From Octopus bimaculoides (taxonomy: Eukaryota), in the NCBI RefSeq assembly GCF_001194135.2, contig NC_068997.1, forward strand, positions 10,703,195 to 10,767,194: a stretch of 64,000 bases of DNA, given 5' to 3'. The translations under genes and the position numbers were made by a program. Under the pieces are notes generated by a model. It did not search any database. It was not told the DNA's origin and saw only the letters and a program-made list of their open reading frames with translations. Positions 39,568 to 54,033 of the stretch are shown piece after piece. Positions within the stretch are counted from its first letter, which is position 1, and each line of letters starts with the position of its first letter.

Positions 39568-41840
39568 GTAAGAAAATGTATAAAAGACGAAAGTTTCACG
39601 GCCCAGGCCGGTTTAGGTTTATACTACCACATGTTGTTAATGATATTAAGAAAATGAAAAAAGAAAAACTGAACGATACACAATCTCACTTTTTTCTCTC
39701 ATATCAATTCGGAGTTTTGAGTCAATATAAGCTAGTAATATTGAAATGGCAATATCTGCATCGAAGCAATTTGTACCAACAGCTGGAGTGGTCGAAAAAA
39801 AATTAGATTGAAATAAATGTATGAATTGGAGATGTGAGCTGTAGAACACGTCTAAATTAACTCAGTAGCATTAGTGATTTCACTGACCGTCATAGCTAAA
39901 GCACTTAAAGGCATAAATTTTAAAACATTTTTTCTATGATTTTATTAAATTAGGAACTCATGCATTAAAAAAAACGGAAAAGTGCATTATCAATTGATTC
40001 GATTAAAATACATGTAACAGCAGAGGGAGATATGTATGGTTAAAAGATTCGTTCCGTGGCCATGTTTTTTCGGGATCGATTTAACTGTTCGCCACATAGG
40101 ACAATAATTTTCTACCACAGTGTTGATTTAATGAATTACATGTCAGTGAAATTTGGCGCGCGCGTATATAGATGGATAGATATTCAGATTGGAGAAAATT
40201 TACACTCAATTTTACTCAGAATGTCCTCGTAATGAAGTACGAAGAAGAAGAAGAAAAAGAAGAAGAAGAAGAAAAAGAAGAAGAAGAAGAAGAAGAAGAA
40301 TTTGACCGCTCCCTTTTTTTTTATATCGATCCCGAAAGGATGAAAGGCAACGCTTGCCTCAACGGTATTTCAACTTAAAACACAGAGAGCTGTTTCGGGT
40401 ACTATAAGACATTCTATACGATGCTTTAATGATTGTCAACAATGGAAATAGAAATGAGTATACAATACTGAAAGATTGATAAATTTGTAGAATCCGTAGA
40501 GAAAGAAAGAAAGAATGGTAGGGTAGGGAGGGGCTATAAAATTTTCAGTATTCATTTCTGTTCCATTCGATCATGATCTCAAAACTTTCCCTATCTCGAT
40601 TTCCTTGTCGAGAAATAAATAGAAAACTCTATCTTAAGACAGATCACGCTAGTAAAATCCTTACTACTATGCTTTAAATTCTATTACCATCGATTTAAAT
40701 TGAAGTCTGAAAACTGCCTAACATTAATAATACAAAATTTAGGGTGACAGTGGAAAGTAGCACATGCTAATTTTCTGGTGACTTTTTGCTTTAAGTCAAA
40801 TTAACGACGCAAAGTATTGAAACTGCAAAGACCGGGAATCGAAATCGCATTGTAGCTGCATTTACATAGAATTCATCTCATTATCTCGACTTCACTCTGA
40901 ATATTATTAAAAGAAATCACGCATTACTGTTAGCGTAACAAACAAACAAACAAAAATTGAAAAGGGCAAATACAAAAATAAAACCAGTGTACTCAACTTC
41001 TTGTGACAGCTAATCAATCCTGTTTTATACATGTTCGCTCGAGTGGGTTTGAAGAAAATAAAGCTGCATTCATACAACGCTCTCTTGTTTACACTGTTCT
41101 TTTTGACAGTATTATCATTTGTCCCTGTCAAGATGTAGCTCTACCGAAAACCCAAAGGAATTATTAACATTTTTCCTTAAGTAATTTTTCATTTTCTTTA
41201 AACATCATAACTATTCTCAGTAAATGGTTTTGCCAATTTCTTTTCAGCTATAAAGCAAAAATCGCTGTTCTTTCTTCAGACATTGCGTTTCCCATCGCTG
41301 TACGCAAACAGATAAATCCCTTTTTATAGCCATATGCAGATTAGATGTTTCAAATAAACGACACAGGATACATGTGTGGAAACACAAGGGTAAAACTTGA
41401 AATAATTTGCCAGTCAAAGGATTGCTGAGACCATTTACTGGTATCCTGTATGACGTGTTGTCAATAAGTTTTGTATCAGGCCAATATATCACAAGAGAGC
41501 ATCTTAATCACGTTGTCAGTCTAAAGGAGCCTATTCTTATACAAGTTATAACCATGGGCAGGTTTGAAAATGACATTGCAAACTGAAACAGCTAACTTCA
41601 ATCATCCAATACTCAGTCATTTTACTTGCAAGAATAATGTCTACTCATGACTCCTGCAAATACATCGGTTGAGAAATAAAGACAATCTAACAGAATAAGC
41701 AGTATTCAGTCAGATATTTGTAACGATCAAATGCTTTATGCGAATCAACCACTATATTCACTAACTCTTACTTGAGAATGTAAGCTCATCAGATAATCAT
41801 CTCTATTGCAATATCTTCATGCTCTGCCATACTATTACAC

Positions 41841-43135
41841 ATTGAAGCTATTAACACGCCGGCACTTCTAGTTGTCAAACATAGTTTTAACATTATAAAC
41901 TGGAATCCTACAGAGCTCCAGCGCTTGGGCAGGAGAACAAGAAAAATACTAACGTCTAAGAACATGCACCACCTGAAAGCAGATGTTGATCGTCTGTACC
42001 TACCTAGAAGTAATGGTAGAAGAGGAATGATGCAGGTAGAAATGTGCTATAAGACCTCCACACTAGCAATGAACGGGTACTTATCTAGTTCAGACGATTG
42101 GACGCTGCGGCTGGTGTGCAAAAACAAAAGCAACAGAAAATCTCATTCTATAGTAAAGGAAACTTGCAAATTCGCAAGGGAACTTGGTATTAACCCAGAT
42201 TGAAAGAGGTTTAATAACAGTAGGAAAATGTGTATAGATGGAAACAAAAAGCCTACACAGTAGCACAGTAAAAACTACTATAGACCATGAAGATGATCAA
42301 GCACGGAATAGGAGAAAGGACAAGAATGAAATACAAAGAGAGCACGACAAACAGATTGAAGAGAAACTCCTGCATGGTCTATTTTGAAGAGTCAGAAGAT
42401 GTATGTGGACTTGGTTAAAAAAAGGAGTAAGTTCCTAATTGTAGCAGCCCAAGACCAAGCGATAAAAACAAACAACTTGAGAGAAAATATATATGGAGAA
42501 AATGTGTCAGAAAAAAAATGTGGTGTACACTGACAAAATTCCCCACGTTGGTACTGGAAGAGTATAAGTAATGGAAACACAACCAGATTGTAAAATCTTC
42601 ACACTGCAAACTTTGTCAGAAATGGGAATTTGAAACTGGAAACACATGGTCCAATCATCGGGTCTAAAGAGTATTGGAGTCGGAAAAATGTAAGAATTTG
42701 TAGGACTTTTCTATTCAAACGAACAAGGAGATAGAAAATAATAGACTGGGCACAACAATTATAGATAAGGAAAAGCGAAGTTGCTTACTAGTCGACTCGT
42801 CATGCTCGTTTGATTCCCGGATAGAAAAGATAGAGGACGAAAAAGAAAGGAAATAGAATCCCTTAAAATTTGAAATAGGAAGAATTTGGAGCATAAGAAC
42901 TGTCAAGACCGTGCCTATAATAATTGGTGTGTTGGGAACAGTAACGAAAGATATAGACAATAGCTGAAGGATATTGGAATAGAATTCCCTATAGAACTCA
43001 TACAGAACGATTGTCTTTTAGGGACAACAAAGATTATCAGTGGGGTTCGAAGCGCTAGAAAGACTACTGAAACTACTCGTGGATACCTAAGGTTATAGGT
43101 AGTAACCCGCTGTTAAAACAAAAATAATTAAAACA
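41841..43135 (+). mobile_element. R4/Dong-clade non-LTR retrotransposon, 5'-truncated 3' end
   Basis: AINT...FNIINWNPTEL...TRKILT...HHLKADVDRLYLPRSNGRRG, EKLLHG, LIVAAQDQAIKT, a decayed zinc knuckle, the REL nuclease region NNRLGTTIIDKEKRSCLLVDSSCSFDSRI (about 42738-42825), then VPIIIGVLGTV and CLLGT, followed by a short 3' UTR and an A/AAT-rich end. Confidence 0.85.
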
Positions 43136-43137
43136 AT

Positions 43138-43334
43138 TCTTTCTACTATAGGCACAAGGGCTCCAATTTAGCGGAAGAGGACTAGTCGATTACATCGAGC
43201 CCAGTGTCTCACTGGTGCTTAATGTATCGACTCCGAAAAGACCTCGGCGGAATTTGAACTCAGAACGGAACGACAGAAGAAATACCGTTAAGGATTTCGT
43301 CTAGCAACCGAAAGATTCTGCGAGCTCACTGCCT
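43138..43334 (-). mobile_element. SINE family B copy in the tail of the R4/Dong LINE
   Basis: AGTCGATTACATCGAGCCCAG...GGCGGAATTTGAACTCAGAACG matches family B. Confidence 0.8.
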
Positions 43335-43389
43335 TAATAAAAATAACGATAATAATAGTAATAACAACAAAAACAACAATAATAATTTT

Positions 43390-43596
43390 TGCCACAAGGG
43401 CAGCTTGGGGTAGGTGGGGGTGAGTCGACTACATAGACCCCAGTGTTCAACTGGTATTTATTTTATCAACCCTCAACGCAAAAAGATGGAAAGGTGAAGT
43501 CGACATCGGTGGAATTTGAACACAGAACATAGCGATGGGCGAAATACCGCTAAGCATTTCATCCAGCGTGTTAACGATTCTGCCAGCTTATCGCCT
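43390..43596 (-). mobile_element. Short tRNA-derived SINE (family B)
   Basis: Reverse complement gives GGCGATAAGCTGGCAGAATCGTTAACACGC...GTGTTCAAATTCCACCGATGTCGAC; B-box-like GTTCAAATTCC. Confidence 0.8.
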
Positions 43597-43634
43597 TAAA
43601 AAGTATAAATAATTATATATATATATATATACTT

Positions 43635-43668
<34 letters not shown>

Positions 43669-44362
43669 NNNNNNNNNNNNNNNNNNNNNNNNNNNNNNNN
43701 NNNNNNNNNNNNNNNNNNNNNNNNNNNNNNNNNNNNNNNNNNNNNNNNNNNNNNNNNNNNNNNNNNNNNNNNNNNNNNNNNNNNNNNNNNNNNNNNNNNN
43801 NNNNNNNNNNNNNNNNNNNNNNNNNNNNNNNNNNNNNNNNNNNNNNNNNNNNNNNNNNNNNNNNNNNNNNNNNNNNNNNNNNNNNNNNNNNNNNNNNNNN
43901 NNNNNNNNNNNNNNNNNNNNNNNNNNNNNNNNNNNNNNNNNNNNNNNNNNNNNNNNNNNNNNNNNNNNNNNNNNNNNNNNNNNNNNNNNNNNNNNNNNNN
44001 NNNNNNNNNNNNNNNNNNNNNNNNNNNNNNNNNNNNNNNNNNNNNNNNNNNNNNNNNNNNNNNNNNNNNNNNNNNNNNNNNNNNNNNNNNNNNNNNNNNN
44101 NNNNNNNNNNNNNNNNNNNNNNNNNNNNNNNNNNNNNNNNNNNNNNNNNNNNNNNNNNNNNNNNNNNNNNNNNNNNNNNNNNNNNNNNNNNNNNNNNNNN
44201 NNNNNNNNNNNNNNNNNNNNNNNNNNNNNNNNNNNNNNNNNNNNNNNNNNNNNNNNNNNNNNNNNNNNNNNNNNNNNNNNNNNNNNNNNNNNNNNNNNNN
44301 NNNNNNNNNNNNNNNNNNNNNNNNNNNNNNNNNNNNNNNNNNNNNNNNNNNNNNNNNNNNNN

Positions 44363-44395
<33 letters not shown>

Positions 44396-44730
44396 GAGTG
44401 CATGTGTATATGTAAATGCACGAGCACAACACTTATACACATATCTAAAGATACACTTTCCTCTTTTACTATTCCAAGATATCCGTTTCGTAGATATTTC
44501 TTAAGGTAAATGTAATAGTATCTGAATTATTAAAATCCCATGCCTCTCTAAGCCAGTGGCAGTAGTCAGATCGGTGGTAAAAAAAATCTATTTGGTAAAC
44601 ACAGCTATCGAATTAATGTCTGAGTAGTGACGCTTAAGCGACACATACACGTTGTTAATAGTTTATCTTCGAGGGATGCAAAAGATGCCAGCTGCATGCA
44701 TTCTTCTAATTCATAAAAGGAGAAAAATAT

Positions 44731-44878
44731 TTTGTGTGATAAGAAGCTTGCTTCCCAACCGCATTGTTCCAGGTTCAGTTTCACTGCGTGGCACCTTGGG
44801 CAAGTGCTTTCTACTATAGCCACGGGGTGACCAAAGCCTTGTGAGTGGATTTGGTAGACAGAAACTCGAAGAAACCCG

Positions 44879-44910
<32 letters not shown>

Positions 44911-44920
44911 TTATATATAT

Positions 44921-44974
<54 letters not shown>

Positions 44975-45185
44975 TTATGTGTTTGTGTTTGTCCCTCCAC
45001 CATCGCTTGACAGCCGATATTGGCGTGTTCAAGTCCCCATTACATTGCGGTTCGGCAACTAGGTACCGATGGAATAAGTACTAGGCTACAAAAAGTAAGT
45101 CCTGGGTTCGATTTTTTCCACTAAAAGCGGTGCTCCAGCATGGCCACACTGAAATAACTGAAACATGTAATGGAATAATAGAATA
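44731..45185 (+). mobile_element. SINE family A copy
   Basis: Collinear with 7016-7484 (CTGCGTGGCACCTTGGGCAAGTG; GGTGCTCCAGCATGGCC). Confidence 0.85.
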
Positions 45186-46727
45186 TCGACATTGTACATA
45201 TGAAGATTATATATCTACTACTGGATAAAGACATTTTTGAAAGGTGGTGGTTGAATTTATTGCAAATTATTACTTCTGTGGTCGTTTCCAACATGTGTTG
45301 GAAACATAAGTGAAACAAAATGTATAAGTTCCACTTTTCGCAAAGCAAACAAAACTCAATGACATATGCTTCTAAAGATTTTTAATAAAGACGAAGTCTT
45401 GAATTTATTACTTTTTCTTCAAAATACACAGATAAGTTTACCTTGTGTTAGTTAGAAAGACGTTAACTTTTCTGCAAACTAGTGTTTCGAAATTCTCAAG
45501 TGATCATATTGATACACTTTATAAACCTTAATGGCCTTTATAGGATGCACGCACAAACATAAAATACCATGAAAATTAATTAAATTTAATGCATTAAGCC
45601 TAATTTGCCAGTAATATACATTGATAACTGCTTTTAGTCTCCGGTTGAACTATGATTAGGAGAATATAAAACAAATTTGAAAAACAGTCCTGTTTTAAAT
45701 AAATTTATAGGATCATATTTTCTATCGAATGTTATCATTATTAGAAAAATGTAAGATGTGATTAGTAGGAAATTTATCGGATGTTTCTAAAGAACGAAGG
45801 ACCACGTTGAAGATTGCTCTTCGGTATACGTTAATTGGGGTTGCAGTAACTGTTGGAGAAAAGTAAATATTCTGCAATTGTCAAATAATCTTCTTAGTAC
45901 AGCATATAAATCTCTTAAATATAGCCAATAATCACCACAGGGTTTGTGCAAACAAAAAGCTAAATAATGTAAAACAATAAACTACTTTAAAAAATTTAAG
46001 ACCAAATTATCAGATATTTAATGTATAGAAAATTTACGTATATATTTTTGAATGAGTTTATATCATAAAACAACTGTTGAATAACTAGCACATGTAACGA
46101 GAAGTATTCTGAATATTTGCATAGAATGATAGTGGAAATAATTGGGTACACTGAAGAAAAAAATGCATTAAAAGGAATATTGCAACGTGTAAGTTTCCCA
46201 AATTGCGTTAGTCAAAGTTTATCCATCAAAATCTAGTGCACGTTTCGACATAATAACGATAACGTCTTAAATAAGCTCAGATAGTGAAAGATAAATTGAA
46301 CGACAGCAATGTTATTTCTATCGGTAATAGTTCGTACACCACTAATAGTGCTGCATTATTTCTATGGTTAAAGCTTCACAATACACTTCGTAATCTACAT
46401 ATCTGTAAATTGTAAAGCGCGTTTTATCAAACGTATAGTGAATATCAAAATACATTTTGGTGATATTTATATTTAAATTAGATAGTGTATTGAAGTGAAA
46501 GGAATCAGTATCGCGTAACGTTTGCAATAACTTACATGTATCAAAACTATCTCACCATTATTGATTAAGAAAACATGAAAGAATTTCTTAAATAAGAAGA
46601 GAAATAAGTTTCTATAACACACACTGCACACGCATACACATACGTACACATAACACGCATATTCTCGCACATAAATACAAAGACAACCACCAGAGCTACA
46701 ATATCTATCTGTCTATCTAGCTATGTA

Positions 46728-46816
<89 letters not shown>

Positions 46817-48264
46817 GCACATATACTTCTTTCTATTACTTGTTCTAGCCATTGGACTAGGACTGTACTAGAGTATAGCTTTGGCGAATATAATCTAAAA
46901 AAAATGGCCCCAGTACTTATTGACTAACGCATAAATTTCCACAATTCTCAACCGATTTCCATGCACTATAATATTTTGCCCAGAGCTAACGCGTAGATAC
47001 ATAAACCGGGGAAAACGTTGGTTTACACGGGTTTTTCTCTAATTTGATGTATGCACATAGTGGTTTTTGCATGTAGGGCTTTCCATACTTTCTTAATCCA
47101 TATGATCATATATTTGAATTACAAAATATTTTTTAGTTGCTTTCACAATTTTTAATTTATTATTTATATTTTGTAATTGTGTATTATTACTTTCTATATT
47201 TTTTTAAAACCTGTATTGGTGTGTAGTGTTTGAGTTTTGGTTATAGAATATTTAAAAAAGTCAAAGGATTTTGTCTATTTATTTATTTCGACTGTCCACA
47301 GTCGACGGTGATTATATTTACGAAGAACACTGTACAAGATGAATATCCAATACCAAACAATCTTTATCTCGATGTTTAAACTGCATTAAACTTTGGCAAG
47401 CGTACCTTTACTATTCCTCAGTTACTTGAAAGGTTATGTTCCCTTCCTTCTCTTCTATTAGTCGATACCTTTGGTTTCCTACCAATGCGTTGTTTCACTT
47501 TAAGGATGTTTATTTACCCATTCATTATCATATATCGACTTGTTGTCCATTGTTTCAAATACGTTTTAGCATTGTCGTTCTAACCTTTTTCAAACAATCA
47601 CAAGAAATTTCGCTTTCATGTAAAATCACTATATTTCGTAGTCATTATCCGTAATCTACTCCCAAAACACTTCGGTAGCTCTACTTTGCATCACTAGCAA
47701 ATTTATATGTTCTATGATTATAAAAGTGCAACGACCTCCACAATAATCACCCTTCAATTTTATTTTCCGTTCCTAGGTTAATCGGAAACATAGATTGCCG
47801 TGCTACTTATAAACCTCGGTAGGTCAATTATTTTGTGAAAAATTATCACGAAAGCAACTTAAACCGTCCGAAGGATGGGTGCGTTTGCTAGCATATATAT
47901 CTAAAGAAGAAATGAATTGATATGAATTGATAAGCCCACGTATAACATCCAAAGCTAAATATTATTTTCTCCGATGAAATTATACTCATGTCACATAAAT
48001 GTAAATTTAATGTATAAATTCATAATTCAGTTGTTGAGAATTAATTGAAACAGCTGTAAGAAGCGAAGAAGACCAGTTTGTTAATGAAAAATTATTAACT
48101 TCCTTATTTCTATTTACTTTTCTTCTTTTAAATGGATATTAACTATATGCTTTATATATAGCTATTGTTTGAAGGGAATATAATTCTCACAAAATACTAG
48201 GTATTGTCCAATATTTACTTGGATGCAATCTTTCCTTCACGAGGGTAAGATAACCTCTAATTAA

Positions 48265-48299
<35 letters not shown>

Positions 48300-48652
48300 N
48301 NNNNNNNNNNNNNNNNNNNNNNNNNNNNNNNNNNNNNNNNNNNNNNNNNNNNNNNNNNNNNNNNNNNNNNNNNNNNNNNNNNNNNNNNNNNNNNNNNNNN
48401 NNNNNNNNNNNNNNNNNNNNNNNNNNNNNNNNNNNNNNNNNNNNNNNNNNNNNNNNNNNNNNNNNNNNNNNNNNNNNNNNNNNNNNNNNNNNNNNNNNNN
48501 NNNNNNNNNNNNNNNNNNNNNNNNNNNNNNNNNNNNNNNNNNNNNNNNNNNNNNNNNNNNNNNNNNNNNNNNNNNNNNNNNNNNNNNNNNNNNNNNNNNN
48601 NNNNNNNNNNNNNNNNNNNNNNNNNNNNNNNNNNNNNNNNNNNNNNNNNNNN

Positions 48653-48707
<55 letters not shown>

Positions 48708-50160
48708 TATGTATATACATATATACATATTTTAGTACACACATACACTCACATACACACACATATAAAGACATTAATGCATATACTGATATGTATTTGT
48801 ATATATGAGTATAGGATACCAATACTACACACAGACACACACACATATATAATATGTGATAGCAATACTAAAACAGATAACCCTGCCGTCGATTTATTGT
48901 AAAACATTGGCTGAGATAATCACAATCATGAGACAATATATCAAAATATAATCGCTATACATCATTAATGATTCTGTCTCCATCCTGTTATGCTAGACAC
49001 AAAGTCTTCTTTCTCATCATACTGTTTAATAACAATAATATTAACAATACGTCGTTCATGCTTGTTTTGGTTTTGTAGATACAGCAGTTGTGTGCACGAA
49101 GCAGTTCCATACTCATTGCATAACCAAATGATATATTATCTAGTTACAGATTATCGAAGTCTTACAGACATCTGACTTCATGGAAATATTACATTTTAAT
49201 GTACTAAGGCAATAATTTTATTAATACCAAACTTTATGTTTATCATAAATAAAATATTTTCTATTATTTTACAATTACTGTCTATTACGAAACGAGAGAC
49301 CAAACCAAATCCATTAGCATTTAATTCAATATTTTCCCCAGTATTTGAGAACGATCTGGATAACACACATACAACTCTGTTTTCTGTGGATAAGTTATAT
49401 TGCAATTGAAATTTATGGTTAACCTTTCAGTTTAATTTATTTGCTGTTTATCGCAAACGATATGATATATTACCCTCTTACCCTTTTGAGAGTAAGATGT
49501 TAATATTAAAGCTAAAAAAGTAATATTTGATGGATTACTTTCTATTTTGTGGACATAGTTTCTCTTTCTACTTCCACCAATTATAATATGTCTTAAAACA
49601 AGTCTATCTTGAACGAAGGGCTAATCTATTTACAGTATCGCTTTCGTTTTGCTGCTGAACTACCAACACATTAAAATATTTATTGCGGCTGACTATTTAG
49701 CAAACTATTCAAATTTATGGAAATATTTTTGCAACTGAATCACAGAATATACATTTTAGCTTATATATATAGTATCATAATTCATCCTATATATATTAGC
49801 AGACGCAACAGTTATATTTTTCTAAGTTTATCATTTCTCCTATATCACATCAAACGCCTCTCTGTATCATTGTTAATGCAAGAACTTAAAACAACAACGA
49901 TCGCAAACGTAGCTATACATCAATAACTGTAGATATATCATATGAAGTTGGTGCGTATGCCAAATTGTTGAAACATCGTGCTTGGATTATCTATTTCTGA
50001 GAATTTACGTTCTGAGTTCGAATATCACGAAAATGAAATTCGTATTTCATCCTTCTGGAGTATATAAATTCATATTCCATTTCAATACTGAAGTGCCAGT
50101 ATCAAACGACTATATCAAGCAGCAGGAGGCTACATCTACTTGTGTGTGCATTTGTAGTGT

Positions 50161-50530
50161 TTTGTTTCTTATTTCAATCAATAGATTGCAGCCGAGCTGG
50201 GACACTACCTTGAAGAATTTTGGTCGAATGAATCGACCCAGGACTTATTTTGCAAAGCCTGGTACTTATTCTATCGATCAATTTGCCGACTGCTAAGTTA
50301 CAAGGTCGTAAACACATCCACACCAGTTGTCAGACGGTGGAGAGGGACAAACACACACACGCACACACGTATATAATGGGTTTCTTTCAATTTTCGTCTC
50401 CCAAATCCACTCAGAAGCCTTTGATAGGCCCGAGGTTATAGCAGAAGGTCCAAGATGCCTTGTAGTGGAACTGCACCCGGAACTTTGTGGTTGGGAAGGA
50501 AACTTCCTAACACACGGCCACACCTGCGCC
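50161..50530 (-). mobile_element. SINE family A copy
   Basis: Reverse complement of the family A head and body (ends CACCTGCGCC). Confidence 0.8.
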
Positions 50531-50914
50531 TATGGTATATATGGTGTACGGCTGTTTGGTTTGGAAAATTGAAACAATCAACTATATTGTATTTCAGGTG
50601 CCTTGTAACATGCACGACTGCCTGACGTTTTCACATTTAAAAACAAAACATTAATTTCTTCCAGTGTTTGCTTTCATGTTCATTACTTAAATACAGCAGT
50701 AGGTTTTGAGTCACGAAGAATTATTTCAATCCTCTAATGAGTGAGGAAAGCTAGTAATCCGTAATTGAAGTTTAACTCCAATTACTACTCGCTCTACTAA
50801 TTTTATAGCCTGTATCACTCATTTCACTGAAAAAGTTTTAGCGTTAATCTATTGCTTCTGTTTTGTTTTTATTCATTAGTTTTTGTTTTAATAACAGCAT
50901 ATAGAACATATGAA

Positions 50915-51060
50915 TAAGGCCACCAGTCCTGGGGAGAGAGGAGTCATTCGATTACATCGATCTTAGAATTTGTCTCAGTGCATGATTTTATCAGCTACGA
51001 AAAGATGAAAAGCAAAGCTGACCTCAACAAGATTTGATCACAGAACGTAAAATGCCGGAA
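50915..51060 (-). mobile_element. SINE family B fragment
   Basis: TTCGATTACATCGATC...GATGAAAAGCAAAGCTGACCTC...CAGAACGTAAA. Further fragments at about 40318-40400 (minus) and 49950-50110 (plus). Confidence 0.6.
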
Positions 51061-51806
51061 AATGAAAACGTAATAAATCACTAAAAGAGGAAGATGTGTT
51101 TATTTATATTCTTCTTTAGTATTTCACGTTCGGCGTTCTACCTGAACGCCGTCCACAATATAAATTTTCTGCATTTATGCAATGTATGTACGTGCTTTGT
51201 GAGAGTTCCTGTGTTGTACGAACACGTCAGATACATCTGAGCTGTTTTCTAAAATTACAACGCATTGGTACTTAGAATACATTTCTTATGCTCAAAAGAA
51301 GAGAGAATCATTTCAACGAAAAACGTGGTTTTCTTTTAAGAATTTTTGTTTTAGATGATTTCGTGTTATATGGTTGGTTATTACCGCAAACATAGAAACC
51401 TTCAGAGATACACAATATGAATGCAAGCAAATAGAAAGCCATAACCTTGATGCATTTCTCAAAACCATTCAGCACAAATACATTAAGACTTTTTTTCAAT
51501 GGTTCTTCTATAGCTACAACAAAGCATCAGAGCCTGTCTATTACCGGACACTCACATGCACGCACTCAGCATTCACGTACTCTGTGTGTGTGTGTGTCTG
51601 TGTGTGTGTGTGTCTGTGTGTCTGTGTGTATGTGTCTGTGTGTGTTTGTGTCTGTGTGTGTGTGTGTCTCTGTGTGTGTGTGTGTGTGTCTCTTTGTCTC
51701 TCTGTCTCTCTCTGTGTTTCTGTCTCTCTCTGTGTTTCTGTCGCTCTCTGTGTTTCTGTCTCTCTCTGAAATATACACATGCATGTCTTAATCCACGCAC
51801 ATCTTA

Positions 51807-51838
<32 letters not shown>

Positions 51839-51866
51839 ACACCCACACACCCACCCAAACAACCAA

Positions 51867-51901
<35 letters not shown>

Positions 51902-52441
51902 GAGATGTGCCTATTTAATACTCTATCATTAACACTGGAGAGAAAGAAAAAGAACAAAACTCAGAACAAAAGCGTTAGTGTATATATATATTTATTCTGA
52001 AATTCTATACGTAATGAAAAGAAAAAGGAAGGAGAAGCTTAGACAAAGCTTAGTAATATTACATCGAAATTATAAAGTACTGACGAATATTCCATAAATA
52101 TACAGTGTTACAAAAAGTTATCATCACGTTGAAGATTTACAACTTGCGTAACCTACTATTTACCAACAATGTTTGAAAGCACACGTTATGTCTAGTAGCA
52201 TGATAAATTGATACGACAGAATACAGCGTCTCTAGTCACCGAGCGCTGCTAATAAACAAAGAAATGCAAATTAATAAGAAAGGAAAAAGTGGAAAGAATG
52301 AATGCGAAAGAGAAAAGGAGGAACATATTAAATAGAATTATATTTTTGTTTTAGAGTCGAAGGAATTAGGAGCTATCGTGTCATCTCAATAAGATATTTC
52401 CTCCTGCCTATTAGTGAAAACAGCGTAGCAACCGAAAATGT

Positions 52442-52723
52442 CATCGTTGTTGTTGTTGTTGTTGTTGTTATCGCCGTTGTTATCAGTATCAACATACTTC
52501 ATTGTCGACATCATCACCACCACCACCACCGCCACGAAAAACCAACCAGCACTAACATCACCAGCAACATCATCATCATCATCATCATCATCAACACCAC
52601 CACCGGAGCCACCGTACCACAAAAACAACTGTCACTACTCCGAGGTCCACCACATCACAACACACACCATCGCCACTCCCCTCCACTACCATCATCAAAA
52701 TTACTTGGCCGTCGTCGTAATAC

Positions 52724-52789
<66 letters not shown>

Positions 52790-52855
52790 ACATCATAATC
52801 GTCATTATTACTCTCCTCACAAACAACCACATCATTATCATCCTCGACAATGCAT
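52442..52855. repeat. Compound trinucleotide repeats (GTT, CAC, CAT)
   Basis: Directly visible. Similar tracts at 19750-19820 (AAC/ATC), 31743-31809 (AAT), 40241-40300 (GAA) and 55695-55870 (CAT). Confidence 0.9.
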
Positions 52856-53549
52856 AATCTTATTGATCCTCCTCATCATGCGTCGAAATCTCTTTTGTGT
52901 TACCAATGCTTTTCGCCGCCATCACCTTAACAAATAAACTTCATCACTATATCTACTTATTTTCAAATTTGTGTTCCACGATCGCATCATTTCCGTTGCT
53001 AGGTCTTGATATTTTTCCAATTTCCACAGTTTCCTTGTTATCCACCCTACTACTATATATTATTGGTCAATGATGTCACTCTGGTTCTTAATCACCCATA
53101 ATCATGCCTAGTGATCTTAGTTAAGCCTAATCTCTTTGGAGAAATCCTTCGAAATCCTGCAATTATGATTCATCATAACAACCTCTGGCATGTATTAAAT
53201 GGCTTTTCCGTCATTTCTAACACATAAACTAGGCTAACATCTCAATGGAATGCTAGCAAAGAGAGTATCCTTTATCGACACAGTCATGCCTGCATTTATA
53301 CGCTTTTGCACTAGCTCACTGCACTTACGTGTCAGGAGGTCGTACTTTCTTTCTTTCTTTCTTTTCTCATAATTAGTGCCCAGTTTATTACGGCAGTGCA
53401 TTTAGCGTGTTGCCTATATTTAGTTATTTCGATTTCGACTAATATTCCACCAGTTTCAAGCAATACTTAGGAAATGAAGGAGGTCGAGATATCGATCCAT
53501 GCGAGTATGTGTTGTTTCAAATCCTTAATAATTATACGTTGACAGTGTG

Positions 53550-53968
53550 TCAACTGGAAACGGTGTTTCCTGGGGCTAAATAGCAGTAGCATTCTTCCCT
53601 TCCTGGGACTGCCACATTAAGTTGGCAACAAACCAATACAGTACATATATATATATATATATATATANNNNNNNNNNNNNNNNNNNNNNNNNNNNNNNNN
53701 NNNNNNNNNNNNNNNNNNNNNNNNNNNNNNNNNNNNNNNNNNNNNNNNNNNNNNNNNNNNNNNNNNNNNNNNNNNNNNNNNNNNNNNNNNNNNNNNNNNN
53801 NNNNNNNNNNNNNNNNNNNNNNNNNNNNNNNNNNNNNNNNNNNNNNNNNNNNNNNNNNNNNNNNNNNNNNNNNNNNNNNNNNNNNNNNNNNNNNNNNNNN
53901 NNNNNNNNNNNNNNNNNNNNNNNNNNNNNNNNNNNNNNNNNNNNNNNNNNNNNNNNNNNNNNNNNNNN

Positions 53969-54033
<65 letters not shown>

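Noticed and set aside
40847-40862. GCATTGTAGCTGCATT resembles miR-33
   Set aside because: The 5' seed end is mismatched, there is no precursor hairpin, and it lies in a tRNA-derived repeat fragment.
52386-52857. ORFs with poly-I, poly-D, poly-S or poly-N tracts (also poly-E at 40172-40378 and poly-M at 55677-55871)
   Set aside because: Trinucleotide microsatellites read through in several frames; no flanking coding signal.
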